This document shows positions 8,156 through 17,351 of a stretch of DNA of 64,000 nucleotides, in pieces. Source of the stretch: an uncultured Nitrososphaerota archaeon. GTDB taxonomy: Archaea; Korarchaeota; Korarchaeia; Korarchaeales; Korarchaeaceae. The DNA is taken from the NCBI GenBank assembly GCA_964519515.1, contig CAZFIJ010000042.1, forward strand, positions 33 to 64,032, given 5' to 3'. The notes below the pieces were generated by a model, which did not search any database, had not been told where the DNA came from, and worked only from the letters and a program-made list of their open reading frames with translations. Made by a program: the position numbers and the translations under genes. Every line of letters begins with the position of its first letter. Position 1 is the stretch's first letter.

Positions 8156-10618
8156 CTCCTTCCTATCCTTTATGATCTCATCGAAATTCATGTCGAGAGC
8201 CCCTAATATTTGCTCGAATGTCGATCTCATTATCTCCACATACTTCTCCTTATCTATCTGCGACTTGCTAGCTAGTTCCACAGGCATCACTCCCTCCCTC
8301 CCGACGACCTTTACGTACTTAATCACTTGCCCTACCTCAACGCGTTTACCCATGCTCTCCAATATCCTAGCGACCTTGACGTGTTGAGGCGTGGTCTTAG
8401 TATAATCGTCGGGGCTCTTACCCAGCATGCACCTGAAAGCGAGCTTCTCCAAATCATAATCTCCGGACTCTAACATCTTAACGTAGCCTCTTATGGTCTC
8501 CTCTATCTTCATCTTCGCATTTGAGAAATCTTCCGGGCTTCTGACCTCTGATAAAGTTTTTATGACGTCATCGAATGCTTCTTTCACTAGAATAGGTATG
8601 TTTCTCTTCTTACCTAACAATCCCTTTATCACGACAGATCCATCTTTAGTTACTCCTAAGTAGTTCTTCTTCAATCTCGAGAAAACCACGTACCTGTACC
8701 ACTTATCGAGCTCCAGGTCTATTCCTAGCTTCTCTTCGACCCTCCTCTCGAACTCCTCTATCTGTTCTTGCGTCGCCCCCCTGATGAATAGACTATCTGT
8801 ATCCCCGTAGATGACCTTCAGATTCATCTTACGCGCCTCATCTATCGAGAGGAGCATCGCCTTCCTAGCGAGAGCTGTGATCATCTCAGCCGCGGGAGGG
8901 GAATAGAGAGGGAAGTTCTCATATCCAAATACTCCATAAGAAGCATTTAGGAAAACTTTGAGGCTCCTTTGAACGGCATCAAACCACTCCCTTTTATTTT
9001 CATCCTTCTCCTCCTTTGCTCTCCTCTTATACCTCTTGACCCTGAGATCCCTTAACGCTTGAATCAAGTATGGGACTATTCCCCTCTCCTTCTTACATAT
9101 CCAATGAGGGAGTTCATTGACTGGTCTGTTTTCCCTACAATCCTCATGAGGGCAGTTTATTGTCTCGAAACTGACTTTCCAACGTCCTATTATCGATGGA
9201 TATAGACTAGCGAAGTCCATCACTGCCACATCGAAGTGTATGCCAGGGACTGGCTCCAGAACTATGGCTCCCATGTACTTCTTCCCCTTTATGATCGCTT
9301 GAGAATATGTCCTCTCCCCTCTCACTTTCATTATCTCCTCTTTTTCAGGGATGAGCCAGCCCCTCCTCCTATATTCGAAGAATATCATATTCCTTATCCA
9401 TGACGATACCCCCTGCCTCGATACTTCCTCGAGCGACATCTTGCTTATCCTGGAGAATAGGAAGAGAAGCCTGATTATCTCTCCAGAACCTATATTTCCG
9501 AGCTTAAATGTGAGCTCAGCATCCTTGAGGCAATATTCTGCTAAAGTCATGGTCTCAATGGAGTAGAAATCTCTGGCTTCTAGTTCCATCTTCTTCTCGC
9601 CCAATATGGCTTCAGCTACTTCATCTAACGTGTAACCTGCATATTTATTGTCGAAAACGTAAACTTGTATTGATCTGTTGCTGAATAACTTGTAAAGATC
9701 TATGTGGATGCCCGTATCTAATATAGCTCTGTCCTTCTCGAGCCTCACTGGCCTATCGCTCACCCCCAGTTTCTCAGCCCTTTTAGCTAAGTACGGGAGA
9801 TCGAAGTTATCTCCATTATAAGTAAATAAGAGAGGATATTCACTTATTCTGTCCAATAAGCTCCTTATAAGCCTCCCCTCACTCTCATAGCTTATCAGTT
9901 TAGCACCGTTTGGTAACTCATCAGGGAGGCTCCCTCCTCTATGCAAAACATGAACCTCCTTTCTCCCTGAGCTATCTACTATTGCGGCAGCTGCAACCGG
10001 TTTGTCCGGTTCCCTTGGATCAGGTATCTTATCTAATGGAGATAGAACCTCTATATCGAGTGCTGCATTCGGCATGCTCGGAGAGGGTTCATCGAAGAGT
10101 GGGATCGTCGAGAGTAATATGTCCCTAACTTCACCATCAGAGTTAAGCAAATCCTCCTCTAGTTCAACTTCTATACTAATCCTCCTCGGATTTCCTGAAT
10201 CATCTACCTCATAGAGACATCCCGGTATTAGATTTCTATCAAAGATGAAACAATCATAATATTTTATTCTCGCCTCCCAGACATCGTATCCGAGCTTAGC
10301 TAATGTATCTCTCATGTTTTTGGGGGATCCCCCTATCGCAAGCGGGTCCTTAGCCTCAACTTTAGTTAACTCGACCTCCTTATCTCTGAGGATATCGTAT
10401 TTCCTGACTCTTGAGATCGAGTGAATCCTCGATGCGAACTCCGAGAGAGCTTCAGATATCCTCTCCTCAGGAGCATTAGTGAGGAGATATGGCTTATGTT
10501 CTGTTTCGTCTTTAACCAGAAATATCTCTCCGCTATCCGCATCATAGAACTTCATCACAGCAGCTCTATCATCTCCTGAGTAGAATACTGAGAGTAGGAC
10601 TCCTCTTCTCGGGGGCAT
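8132..10618 (-). CDS. polB: family B DNA polymerase with intact exonuclease and polymerase motifs
   Basis: Exo I LDIEV, Exo II YNGDNFDLPYL, Exo III EYCLKDAEL, Pol A MDFASLYPSII, Pol B KVFLNASYGVFG and Pol C VIYGDTDSLF are all present. The ORF is open to 10660, but the ATG at 10618 sits ~28 nt from a TATA-like element, so I place the start there. Confidence 0.9.
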   Translation of the reverse strand: MPPRRGVLLSVFYSGDDRAAVMKFYDADSGEIFLVKDETEHKPYLLTNAPEERISEALSEFASRIHSISRVRKYDILRDKEVELTKVEAKDPLAIGGSPKNMRDTLAKLGYDVWEARIKYYDCFIFDRNLIPGCLYEVDDSGNPRRISIEVELEEDLLNSDGEVRDILLSTIPLFDEPSPSMPNAALDIEVLSPLDKIPDPREPDKPVAAAAIVDSSGRKEVHVLHRGGSLPDELPNGAKLISYESEGRLIRSLLDRISEYPLLFTYNGDNFDLPYLAKRAEKLGVSDRPVRLEKDRAILDTGIHIDLYKLFSNRSIQVYVFDNKYAGYTLDEVAEAILGEKKMELEARDFYSIETMTLAEYCLKDAELTFKLGNIGSGEIIRLLFLFSRISKMSLEEVSRQGVSSWIRNMIFFEYRRRGWLIPEKEEIMKVRGERTYSQAIIKGKKYMGAIVLEPVPGIHFDVAVMDFASLYPSIIGRWKVSFETINCPHEDCRENRPVNELPHWICKKERGIVPYLIQALRDLRVKRYKRRAKEEKDENKREWFDAVQRSLKVFLNASYGVFGYENFPLYSPPAAEMITALARKAMLLSIDEARKMNLKVIYGDTDSLFIRGATQEQIEEFERRVEEKLGIDLELDKWYRYVVFSRLKKNYLGVTKDGSVVIKGLLGKKRNIPILVKEAFDDVIKTLSEVRSPEDFSNAKMKIEETIRGYVKMLESGDYDLEKLAFRCMLGKSPDDYTKTTPQHVKVARILESMGKRVEVGQVIKYVKVVGREGVMPVELASKSQIDKEKYVEIMRSTFEQILGALDMNFDEIIKDRKESSLEKFF

Positions 10619-10641
10619 CCATAATCTAATACGGGAGGGAG

Positions 10642-10650
10642 AATTTAAAT
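10642..10650. promoter_or_regulatory. palindromic TATA-like element (AATTTAAAT) shared by divergent polB and the 10688 gene
   Basis: This is the only A/T element between the two divergent genes. It lies ~28 nt from the polB ATG (10618) and ~42 nt from the ATG at 10688. Confidence 0.4.
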
Positions 10651-10687
10651 AAGGTGTCACTAGGGGTTGCGAAAGAGGTGTTCACCA

Positions 10688-11659
10688 ATGAGGTACAAGC
10701 TATTCGCGGTAGCTATGCTCACGTTTATGCTAGCTAGCCAGATGAGAATAGTAGATTCAGCGTATCCAATGCCAATAGCGACCATCCAGATAAGGGAGGA
10801 TTTCTCAGCTACGATGAAGGCGAGCGTATATAGAACGTTGAGTGGTGATGAAACGCTCTTCTTCACAAACACCTTGAAGGCACCTATCCTATATTGGATG
10901 AACTTCAGAGGGAATATCACGATGAATCAAACACCTGCTGGGCTTAGAGGAGATTATAGATTCTTATTTTACCCTCAAGTCGGGGATCCAGAGAATAGAG
11001 CGGACTTCCTCAGGAAAGCTGTCGCCAGAGGCTACATCTCAAATTCGACGATATTGAACATGATGAGCTTCCTCTATGGGAGAAACTTGTTAATTTTATA
11101 CGGACTTAGATGGAATCTCTTCAATGTAACTTATAGAGGAGTTCCCGAAGTTAACTATACTGGTATAGCTGCGATATCATCAGCTTCCTCGGACTCGAGC
11201 GTGATAAAGAGCTTATGGGTCTCATATAAGAGCGAGACCCTTGAAACTCAAACAGTAGTCATAAGTTATGAGATATATGCCGAGACCAAACCTCTGACAC
11301 TCAAGAAGAGTGCTAGTGGCGATTATTATGTGATGGATCTGAGCCCCCTCACCTACTTACTACCTGACGACATAGCTTGCAACCTCTGGGTCAACTTCAC
11401 GAATCCATCTATACAGATAATGGGGGGCAATTTAGCACCTAAAGTGATCGTCTGGAACAACGCACTCTGGGAGTTCGTTCCCCAGCTTCAAAAGGATGGG
11501 AAGTCCCTTACAATAATAGTTAAACGCTCTGAGATTTACGTTACACCTCAACTGGTTCTCTTGGCTTCATTACCCCCAATCGTAGTAGGAGCATATATCT
11601 TCTGGAGGATGAGGGGAGAATTCTTGAGAACTGAAGGGAGATCTAAGGAAAAAAGTTAA
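10688..11659 (+). CDS. secreted/membrane-anchored glycoprotein, unknown function
   Basis: It has a signal-peptide-like N-terminus MRYKLFAVAMLTFMLASQ, multiple N-x-S/T sequons, and a C-terminal TM helix LLASLPPIVVGAYIFW followed by a basic tail. The ORF is open from 10667. Confidence 0.5.
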   Translation: MRYKLFAVAMLTFMLASQMRIVDSAYPMPIATIQIREDFSATMKASVYRTLSGDETLFFTNTLKAPILYWMNFRGNITMNQTPAGLRGDYRFLFYPQVGDPENRADFLRKAVARGYISNSTILNMMSFLYGRNLLILYGLRWNLFNVTYRGVPEVNYTGIAAISSASSDSSVIKSLWVSYKSETLETQTVVISYEIYAETKPLTLKKSASGDYYVMDLSPLTYLLPDDIACNLWVNFTNPSIQIMGGNLAPKVIVWNNALWEFVPQLQKDGKSLTIIVKRSEIYVTPQLVLLASLPPIVVGAYIFWRMRGEFLRTEGRSKEKS

Positions 11660-11766
11660 TTTTTACATGGCCTATCATACATATACCATTTTTGTTAGCT
11701 CCGCACAAGTAGAGTGGAATTTTTATAAAGGCTGGGCCGCAGTGCCTCATGTAGGGGTGTAAAGTA

Positions 11767-12234
11767 TTGCCTACGTGGGGATACTCATACGCGGCTCAAG
11801 GCGAGAAGGAGGCAATGGCTTCTGGAAGGGATTTGAGAGTATCCTTCAAGGAGATGGTAGAGCTACTGAGGGAGATAAGGGGAAAGAAGCTATCAGAAGC
11901 TTATAATATACTAGACGATGTGATAGCTTTGAGGAGAGCGATCCCCTTCAGGAGATATAATGGGGGCGTACCTCACAGGAAGGGCATCTCTGGAGCGGGC
12001 AGATACCCTGTTAAAGCCGCTAAACTCTTGAAGAAGATCTTGAAGAGCGCGGAGCATAATGCGATGAATAAGGATCTAGATCCCGATAACTTATACGTGA
12101 AGCATGCTGCAGCCCAAATGGGGATGAAGTTGAGGCGATTTTTCCCGAGGGCCTATGGAAGGGCGACCCCTAAGATCGAACAGATGGTCCACGTGGAGAT
12201 AGTGCTGGAGGAGAGGGAGGAGAGTGAAGAATGA
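11767..12234 (+). CDS. rpl22: 50S ribosomal protein uL22
   Basis: 155 aa. GRDLRVSFKEMVELLREIRGK and an archaeal-type C-terminus. A TTG start is preceded by TTTTTATAAAG ~40 nt upstream. Confidence 0.9.
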   Translation: MPTWGYSYAAQGEKEAMASGRDLRVSFKEMVELLREIRGKKLSEAYNILDDVIALRRAIPFRRYNGGVPHRKGISGAGRYPVKAAKLLKKILKSAEHNAMNKDLDPDNLYVKHAAAQMGMKLRRFFPRAYGRATPKIEQMVHVEIVLEEREESEE

Positions 12235-12983
12235 GCTCCGCGAAATCAATGCCGATATATAAGAAATTCGTCCAGGAGGGTATCGTTAAATATAAGCTCC
12301 ATGAGTTCATGGAGAAGATATCCGATAAGGCGGGATTTCACGGAGTAGAGATCTCATCCACGCCTATAAGGGATATAATAACTGTTTACGTTGAGAGCCC
12401 CGGTGTCATGATTGGCAGGGGTGGTAGGACATCTAAGAGGATAAGTGACATCCTCAGGGAGGAGTTAGGAATACAGAATCCATATATACAAGCTAAGAAA
12501 GTTGATAAACCCTTCCTAAGCACGAGGATAGTCGCAAGCTATATAGCCAGGAGGATCGCTAAGGGGGAGAGGTACAAGAAAGTAGCTTACTCAGCTCTAG
12601 GGAGGGTCATGGCTGAGGGAGCCAAGGGAGTTGAGATAAGGCTTTCTGGAAAATTTGGAAGTCAGAGAGCCAGGGAAGAGAGATTCAGGGAGGGAGTTAT
12701 ATATAGATGTGGCCAGGACTACATTGAGAACGTTGAATATGCAGTGAAGCACGTCTTAATGCCGCAGGGTATGATAGGAGTGAGGGTAAGGATAGTCAAA
12801 CCAGGCGTGAGGGGACCCGATGCTGTTGTGATAAAGGAGGATGAGATAGAGAGAATTAGAGAGAGGATAAAGTCTGAAATAGAATCCTTATCGGAATCGG
12901 AGGTCGTAGAGATACCTGAGGAGTTGGAGGGAGAGCTCGAGGTTGCTAGTGAGGTGAAAGAGGATGAGTCCGAGCAAGCTTGA
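12231..12983 (+). CDS. rps3: 30S ribosomal protein uS3
   Basis: 250 aa with a KH-domain region GVMIGRGGRTSKRI and an acidic C-terminal tail. ATGA overlap with the rpl22 stop. Confidence 0.95.
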   Translation: MSSAKSMPIYKKFVQEGIVKYKLHEFMEKISDKAGFHGVEISSTPIRDIITVYVESPGVMIGRGGRTSKRISDILREELGIQNPYIQAKKVDKPFLSTRIVASYIARRIAKGERYKKVAYSALGRVMAEGAKGVEIRLSGKFGSQRAREERFREGVIYRCGQDYIENVEYAVKHVLMPQGMIGVRVRIVKPGVRGPDAVVIKEDEIERIRERIKSEIESLSESEVVEIPEELEGELEVASEVKEDESEQA

Positions 12984-13167
12984 TGAGCTGAGGGGATTAG
13001 AATCAGAGGAATTGCTGGAGAGGCTTAAGGAAGTGGAGAGAGATCTCTTCATTAATGAAGCTAAGAGGTTACTTGGAGCAGCTGAGAAAACCCATCTAAG
13101 GAAAGCTTTGAGGAAGGAAAGAGCGAGGATACTGACGATATTGAGGGAAAGGGGTATAAAGTTATAG
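12964..13167 (+). CDS. rpl29: 50S ribosomal protein uL29
   Basis: 67 aa. ELRGLESEELLERLKEVERDLF is a typical uL29 helix pair. Its position after uS3 is conserved. Confidence 0.9.
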   Translation: MSPSKLDELRGLESEELLERLKEVERDLFINEAKRLLGAAEKTHLRKALRKERARILTILRERGIKL

Positions 13168-13217
13168 GTCCAGTCAGGGCTAGCAATATACTATATCATG
13201 AGCTCATAGGTTTAGAA

Positions 13218-13436
13218 GTGAGTGTTTTCAGTTCCCCGAATCTATCTGAGGTAGGGATTAAGGGGAGGGTAGTATATGAAACGAGGAACTGCCTCATCAT
13301 TGAGAGGGGAGATAGGAGATCCCTCATCGCTAAGAGTGGTAGATTATTTTTATTTAGGGTAGATGATGGTAGCTCTGTGTTGGTATTGGGTGATAGGTTA
13401 GTAGGCAGGCCTGAGGAGAGGGTGAAGAAGGCATGA
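13218..13436 (+). CDS. rnp1: RNase P protein component 1 (Rpp29/Pop4); true start probably upstream of 13218
   Basis: GIKGRVVYETRNCLIIE is the Rpp29 core. Coordinates run from the first canonical start (GTG 13218), but the conserved HELIGLEV block is encoded in frame just upstream (see findings). Confidence 0.85.
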   Translation: MSVFSSPNLSEVGIKGRVVYETRNCLIIERGDRRSLIAKSGRLFLFRVDDGSSVLVLGDRLVGRPEERVKKA

Positions 13437-13765
13437 GAAAGATCTCGGAAGATCTTTTAGAGGATATAGCTCCACCTGAGAGGAGTTGTGATGATGATAA
13501 GTGCCCCTGGCATGGGAACATATCCCTAAGGAGGAGCTCTCTCGATGGCAGAGTCATAAGCACTAAGATGACGGGGACTGTCACGGTGTTAGTTGAATAT
13601 CTACACTATGACAAGAAGTATAAGAGATATGAGAGGAGAAGGAGTAAGATACATGCGCATCTGCCCCCTTGCATCGAAGTTAATGAGGGAGATCTCGTTA
13701 GGATAGTCGAGACTCGCAGGTTGGCGAAGACAGTCAGTCATGTCGTTCTTGGGAAACTGAAGTAA
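13433..13765 (+). CDS. rps17: 30S ribosomal protein uS17
   Basis: 110 aa. CDDDKCPWHGNISLRR and the OB-fold region GDLVRIVETRRLAKT. ATGA overlap with the rnp1 stop. Confidence 0.9.
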   Translation: MRKISEDLLEDIAPPERSCDDDKCPWHGNISLRRSSLDGRVISTKMTGTVTVLVEYLHYDKKYKRYERRRSKIHAHLPPCIEVNEGDLVRIVETRRLAKTVSHVVLGKLK

Positions 13766-14852
13766 CTCTCCTCCAACCATAGATCTTTTCGTCGTAGAAT
13801 GGCATCTTCTCAACTCTCACTTTCAGTTTCCTCTCCTCTCCCACATCGAGTTCCCTACCGATCTCCGCGTACTCCTTCTTAATGTAAGCCATTCCTATGC
13901 CTCTCTCGATAGTCGGACTAAAAGTTCCGCTCGTCACGATCCCTACCTTCTCCTCACCTATGTATACACCTTCGCCCCTCCTAGGGGCGCTCCTACTGAA
14001 GCTCAGTACACCTACTCTGACCCTCTCAATGCCCTTGTTGATCGCCTCGATGATCGCTCCTTTGCCCACGAAATCCTTCCCCAGATCGACCGCGAACTCG
14101 AGCCCAGCTTCGATAGGATTGATATCCTCATCTATATCATTGCCGTAGAGGACGAGCCCGGCCTCGAGCCTGAGGATGTCTCTGGCGACCAATCCGCATG
14201 GTTTAGCTCCCGCTACTACCAGAGATCTGAATAGCTCCGAAGCTAGCCCTTTATCTCCTATTATCACTTCATAGCCATCCTCTCCGGTGTAGCCAGTTCT
14301 ACTGACAATGAGTTCTTCTCCCCTCCAATTCACAACAGCTAAATTAAATTTTTTTATTTTTAGTTGAGTTTCAGTAACATTGTGGAAAATTTCTCTCGCC
14401 TTAGGCCCCTGAATCGCAAACATAAAAGTTCCTAATGTTACATCATCAATCCGGATATTCATATTCCATTTTTTTCTTAATTCATTAAACCAGTTTAATA
14501 TTTTTATTCTATTTGCTGCATTAGCAACAAAAATATATTTATTATCAGATAACCTGAATACCACATTATCATCCCTTATCCCACCCCCTTCATTGAGAGT
14601 GAGCGTATACTTGCTCCTGCCAACTTCGATATCGACGTTATTAGATGTCGCTCTCTGCAGGAAGTTGGATGCATCAGCTCCTTCGATTATGAATCTACCC
14701 ATATGGGAGACATCAAATATCCCACAGTTCGTCCTCACGGATATCGCTTCTTCCAATGAATTCGTATATCTCATCGGCATTTCCCATCCAGCGAATTCGA
14801 AAAACTTCGCGTTTAACTCCCTATGAAGATCCGCCAGGCCCAGTCTAAGCAT
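13734..14852 (-). CDS. gcvT: glycine cleavage system aminomethyltransferase (T protein)
   Basis: 372 aa. FEFAGWEMPMRY, CGIFDVSHMGRF, FAIQGPKA and SRTGYTGEDGYE motifs. The 3' end overlaps the rps17 3' end convergently. Confidence 0.9.
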   Translation of the reverse strand: MLRLGLADLHRELNAKFFEFAGWEMPMRYTNSLEEAISVRTNCGIFDVSHMGRFIIEGADASNFLQRATSNNVDIEVGRSKYTLTLNEGGGIRDDNVVFRLSDNKYIFVANAANRIKILNWFNELRKKWNMNIRIDDVTLGTFMFAIQGPKAREIFHNVTETQLKIKKFNLAVVNWRGEELIVSRTGYTGEDGYEVIIGDKGLASELFRSLVVAGAKPCGLVARDILRLEAGLVLYGNDIDEDINPIEAGLEFAVDLGKDFVGKGAIIEAINKGIERVRVGVLSFSRSAPRRGEGVYIGEEKVGIVTSGTFSPTIERGIGMAYIKKEYAEIGRELDVGEERKLKVRVEKMPFYDEKIYGWRRVTSVSQERHD

Positions 14853-14921
14853 CTATATCCCTCTCGATCTAATGTGGATTAAGATTATTACTATTTCCAT
14901 ACTGGAGAGCCCTGAGATGCT

Positions 14922-16262
14922 ATGAGCGGAGATAATATTGAAAAGGCGTTGGAGGAACTATCCTCTCAGTTAAGTGGAGATCAGATACTTAGGGAAGAAG
15001 TTGATAGATATGCCTACTCTTATGACTCCTCTGGGGTTGAATATGTTCCAGATGCTATTATAAGGCCGAGGAAACTTGAGGAAGTCTCTATAGTACTGGA
15101 GATCGCCGACAAATATGGTGTGCCCGTGACTCCCAGGGGCTCCGGCACCTCACTCGTAGGAGGACCGCTAGCAGTGAGAGGGGGTTTCATCTTAGATATG
15201 CAGGGGATGAATAGAGTCATAGAGAAGGACGATAGCACAGGCATTATCAGAGTGGAAGCGGGCATTAAGCTCAGGGATGTCAATAGGTTAATAAACGGGA
15301 TGTTTTTGCCGATAAATCCTGATGGAATTGGGTTCTCAACGATAGGCGGGATGATAGCTGAGGATGCCGCATCCCCTCTCTCAGTGAGATATGGGACTAT
15401 GAGAGATCACGTTAGGGGCTTAGAGGTCGTGATACCTGGGGGGCAGATGATATCTTTAGAGCAGCCTGGACCCCCGAGCAAGAGGAATGCGATGGATCTG
15501 ATGATCGGGTCTGAGGGGACTCTGGGAGTCATAACTTCGGCCCTAATAGAACTCAGTTACAGGCCTGAGGCCAGGATCTCATATTCTATGGAACTTAATG
15601 ACGTCTCGGATTCCCTCACGATATATGATGCCATTAGGAGAGCGGGTATCGATATCTACGGGTTCGAGGTCTATCATAACTATAAGGAGCTCATTGAAGA
15701 GAGGGAATTCGTCGGAGTCGAGGCTATAGGCTTCTTGGAGATAGCTGGAGCCAGCGAATGTGTTGAGAAGTGGAGGGGGAAAGTTGAGGGTATACTCGCT
15801 GAGACAGCTTTGGAACACATGGAAGTGGAAGCTGAGGAAGTAGAGGGCATCTGGGTGAGGAGGGAGAAAATATATGAGCTCTGTAAGAGGAGAAAGGTCT
15901 CCATGCGAGTGGTTAGCATGCTATCATATCAGAATTTAGTGAGGGATATCGTCCAAGAGGTAGATAGGACGAGCTCTAGGATGAAGATACCATCTATTAC
16001 AGTAATAGATCCGCCTTTGGGATGGGTGACCGCGATATTCCTCTACAACTCAAGGGATCCTAAGGAAGTTGAGAGGACTGAGAGGGCTGCATCCAATCTG
16101 ATAGAGAATGCGACCTCTCTCGGTGCATCCTTGGGGTTCGGGACAGGTGTAGGTATATACAAGTTAGATGAGAATTACGATGAGGGTTACCTGAGTATCA
16201 TGAAAGCCATAAAGGGAGTCCTAGACCCGCATGGGATAATGAACCCTGAGAAGTTAATATGA
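14922..16262 (+). CDS. FAD-linked oxidase (GlcD/D-lactate dehydrogenase family)
   Basis: 446 aa with an FAD-binding PCMH-type region VTPRGSGTSLVGG and C-terminal DPHGIMNPEK. Confidence 0.8.
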   Translation: MSGDNIEKALEELSSQLSGDQILREEVDRYAYSYDSSGVEYVPDAIIRPRKLEEVSIVLEIADKYGVPVTPRGSGTSLVGGPLAVRGGFILDMQGMNRVIEKDDSTGIIRVEAGIKLRDVNRLINGMFLPINPDGIGFSTIGGMIAEDAASPLSVRYGTMRDHVRGLEVVIPGGQMISLEQPGPPSKRNAMDLMIGSEGTLGVITSALIELSYRPEARISYSMELNDVSDSLTIYDAIRRAGIDIYGFEVYHNYKELIEEREFVGVEAIGFLEIAGASECVEKWRGKVEGILAETALEHMEVEAEEVEGIWVRREKIYELCKRRKVSMRVVSMLSYQNLVRDIVQEVDRTSSRMKIPSITVIDPPLGWVTAIFLYNSRDPKEVERTERAASNLIENATSLGASLGFGTGVGIYKLDENYDEGYLSIMKAIKGVLDPHGIMNPEKLI

Positions 16263-16271
16263 GGTGATCCC

Positions 16272-17351
16272 TTGGAGATAGAATTCGAAGAAGAGCTTTC
16301 CTCGGACTTCGCTAGATGCATAAGCTGTGGCGGGTGTAACATACCCTGCCCGCTCTTCAACGTGGACCAGATCGAGAGCTCTGGCATGAGATCAAGGATT
16401 AAGATTTTATCAATGCTTTCCAAAGGGAAAATAGAACTTACAGAGGGTATCCTCAGACATGTGTTTACTTGTGCTAACTGCGGAGTCTGTAATGATTACT
16501 GCCCAGTAGGGTTACGCCCCTTCGACTTACTCGTTAGGGCTAGGGGGTCTTTCATCGATATGGGTTACGTCCCCCTAGTCACTGTGGATATAAGGAACTC
16601 TTTCAGGAGGGTGGGAACCCCTATAGGGGATGAGCTCATTAAGGGCAGCTGGTTGCCACCCGATTTCCAGCCCACGAAGAACTCTGAGACCCTATTCTTC
16701 GCCGGATGTTGGATGCATAAGGCCATAGAAGTTGCCTTGAATACGAGGAAACTCCTCGAAAGGATTTCCGGGGATATCACAACTATAGGCCCGAGCGAAC
16801 CTTGCTCAGGCGCCCTTCTATACATATTAGGGGAGAAGGACCTCGCTGAGGACTCGAAGAGGAATTTAGAGGGCATGATCTCAGAGCTCAACCCTAAGCG
16901 TATTGTCTCCGGATGTTCACTCACGGCTAGGATTTACCCAGATCTCGGCTTCATAAATTTATCCTCTTACATCTTGGATGCTATACACTCCGAAAAGATA
17001 AAGCTAGGTAAGATGAAGGGAAGGGATAATGTACTACCGATACCATCGTGCGGGAGAGATATTTCGTTCTTGGAGATACTAAAGAGCCTCAACGGCTTGA
17101 AGATCCTCGAAGCTCCAGAGTGGCTCTGTTGTGATTGCGGTTTCACTCTGATCTATAGGACCGATAGGAACATTTTCTCCAGATGGGTTCAGAAGGTGCT
17201 GTCGCTGGCAGAGGAACTGGGAGCGAATCACATAGTGATAGAAGATGCCGGATGCTATGCGATGATAACGGAAGCTATGCAGACAAAGGGAAGGCTTAAA
17301 GGTATAAAAATTTCACATATATCCGGACTTATAATGGAACTTTTGAAATAG
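16272..17351 (+). CDS. Fe-S oxidoreductase (GlcF/heterodisulfide-reductase-like, 2x[4Fe-4S] plus CCG domains)
   Basis: 359 aa. CISCGGCNIPCP and CANCGVCNDYCP ferredoxin motifs are followed by Cys-rich CCG-type repeats. It is adjacent to the GlcD-like gene. Confidence 0.75.
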   Translation: MEIEFEEELSSDFARCISCGGCNIPCPLFNVDQIESSGMRSRIKILSMLSKGKIELTEGILRHVFTCANCGVCNDYCPVGLRPFDLLVRARGSFIDMGYVPLVTVDIRNSFRRVGTPIGDELIKGSWLPPDFQPTKNSETLFFAGCWMHKAIEVALNTRKLLERISGDITTIGPSEPCSGALLYILGEKDLAEDSKRNLEGMISELNPKRIVSGCSLTARIYPDLGFINLSSYILDAIHSEKIKLGKMKGRDNVLPIPSCGRDISFLEILKSLNGLKILEAPEWLCCDCGFTLIYRTDRNIFSRWVQKVLSLAEELGANHIVIEDAGCYAMITEAMQTKGRLKGIKISHISGLIMELLK

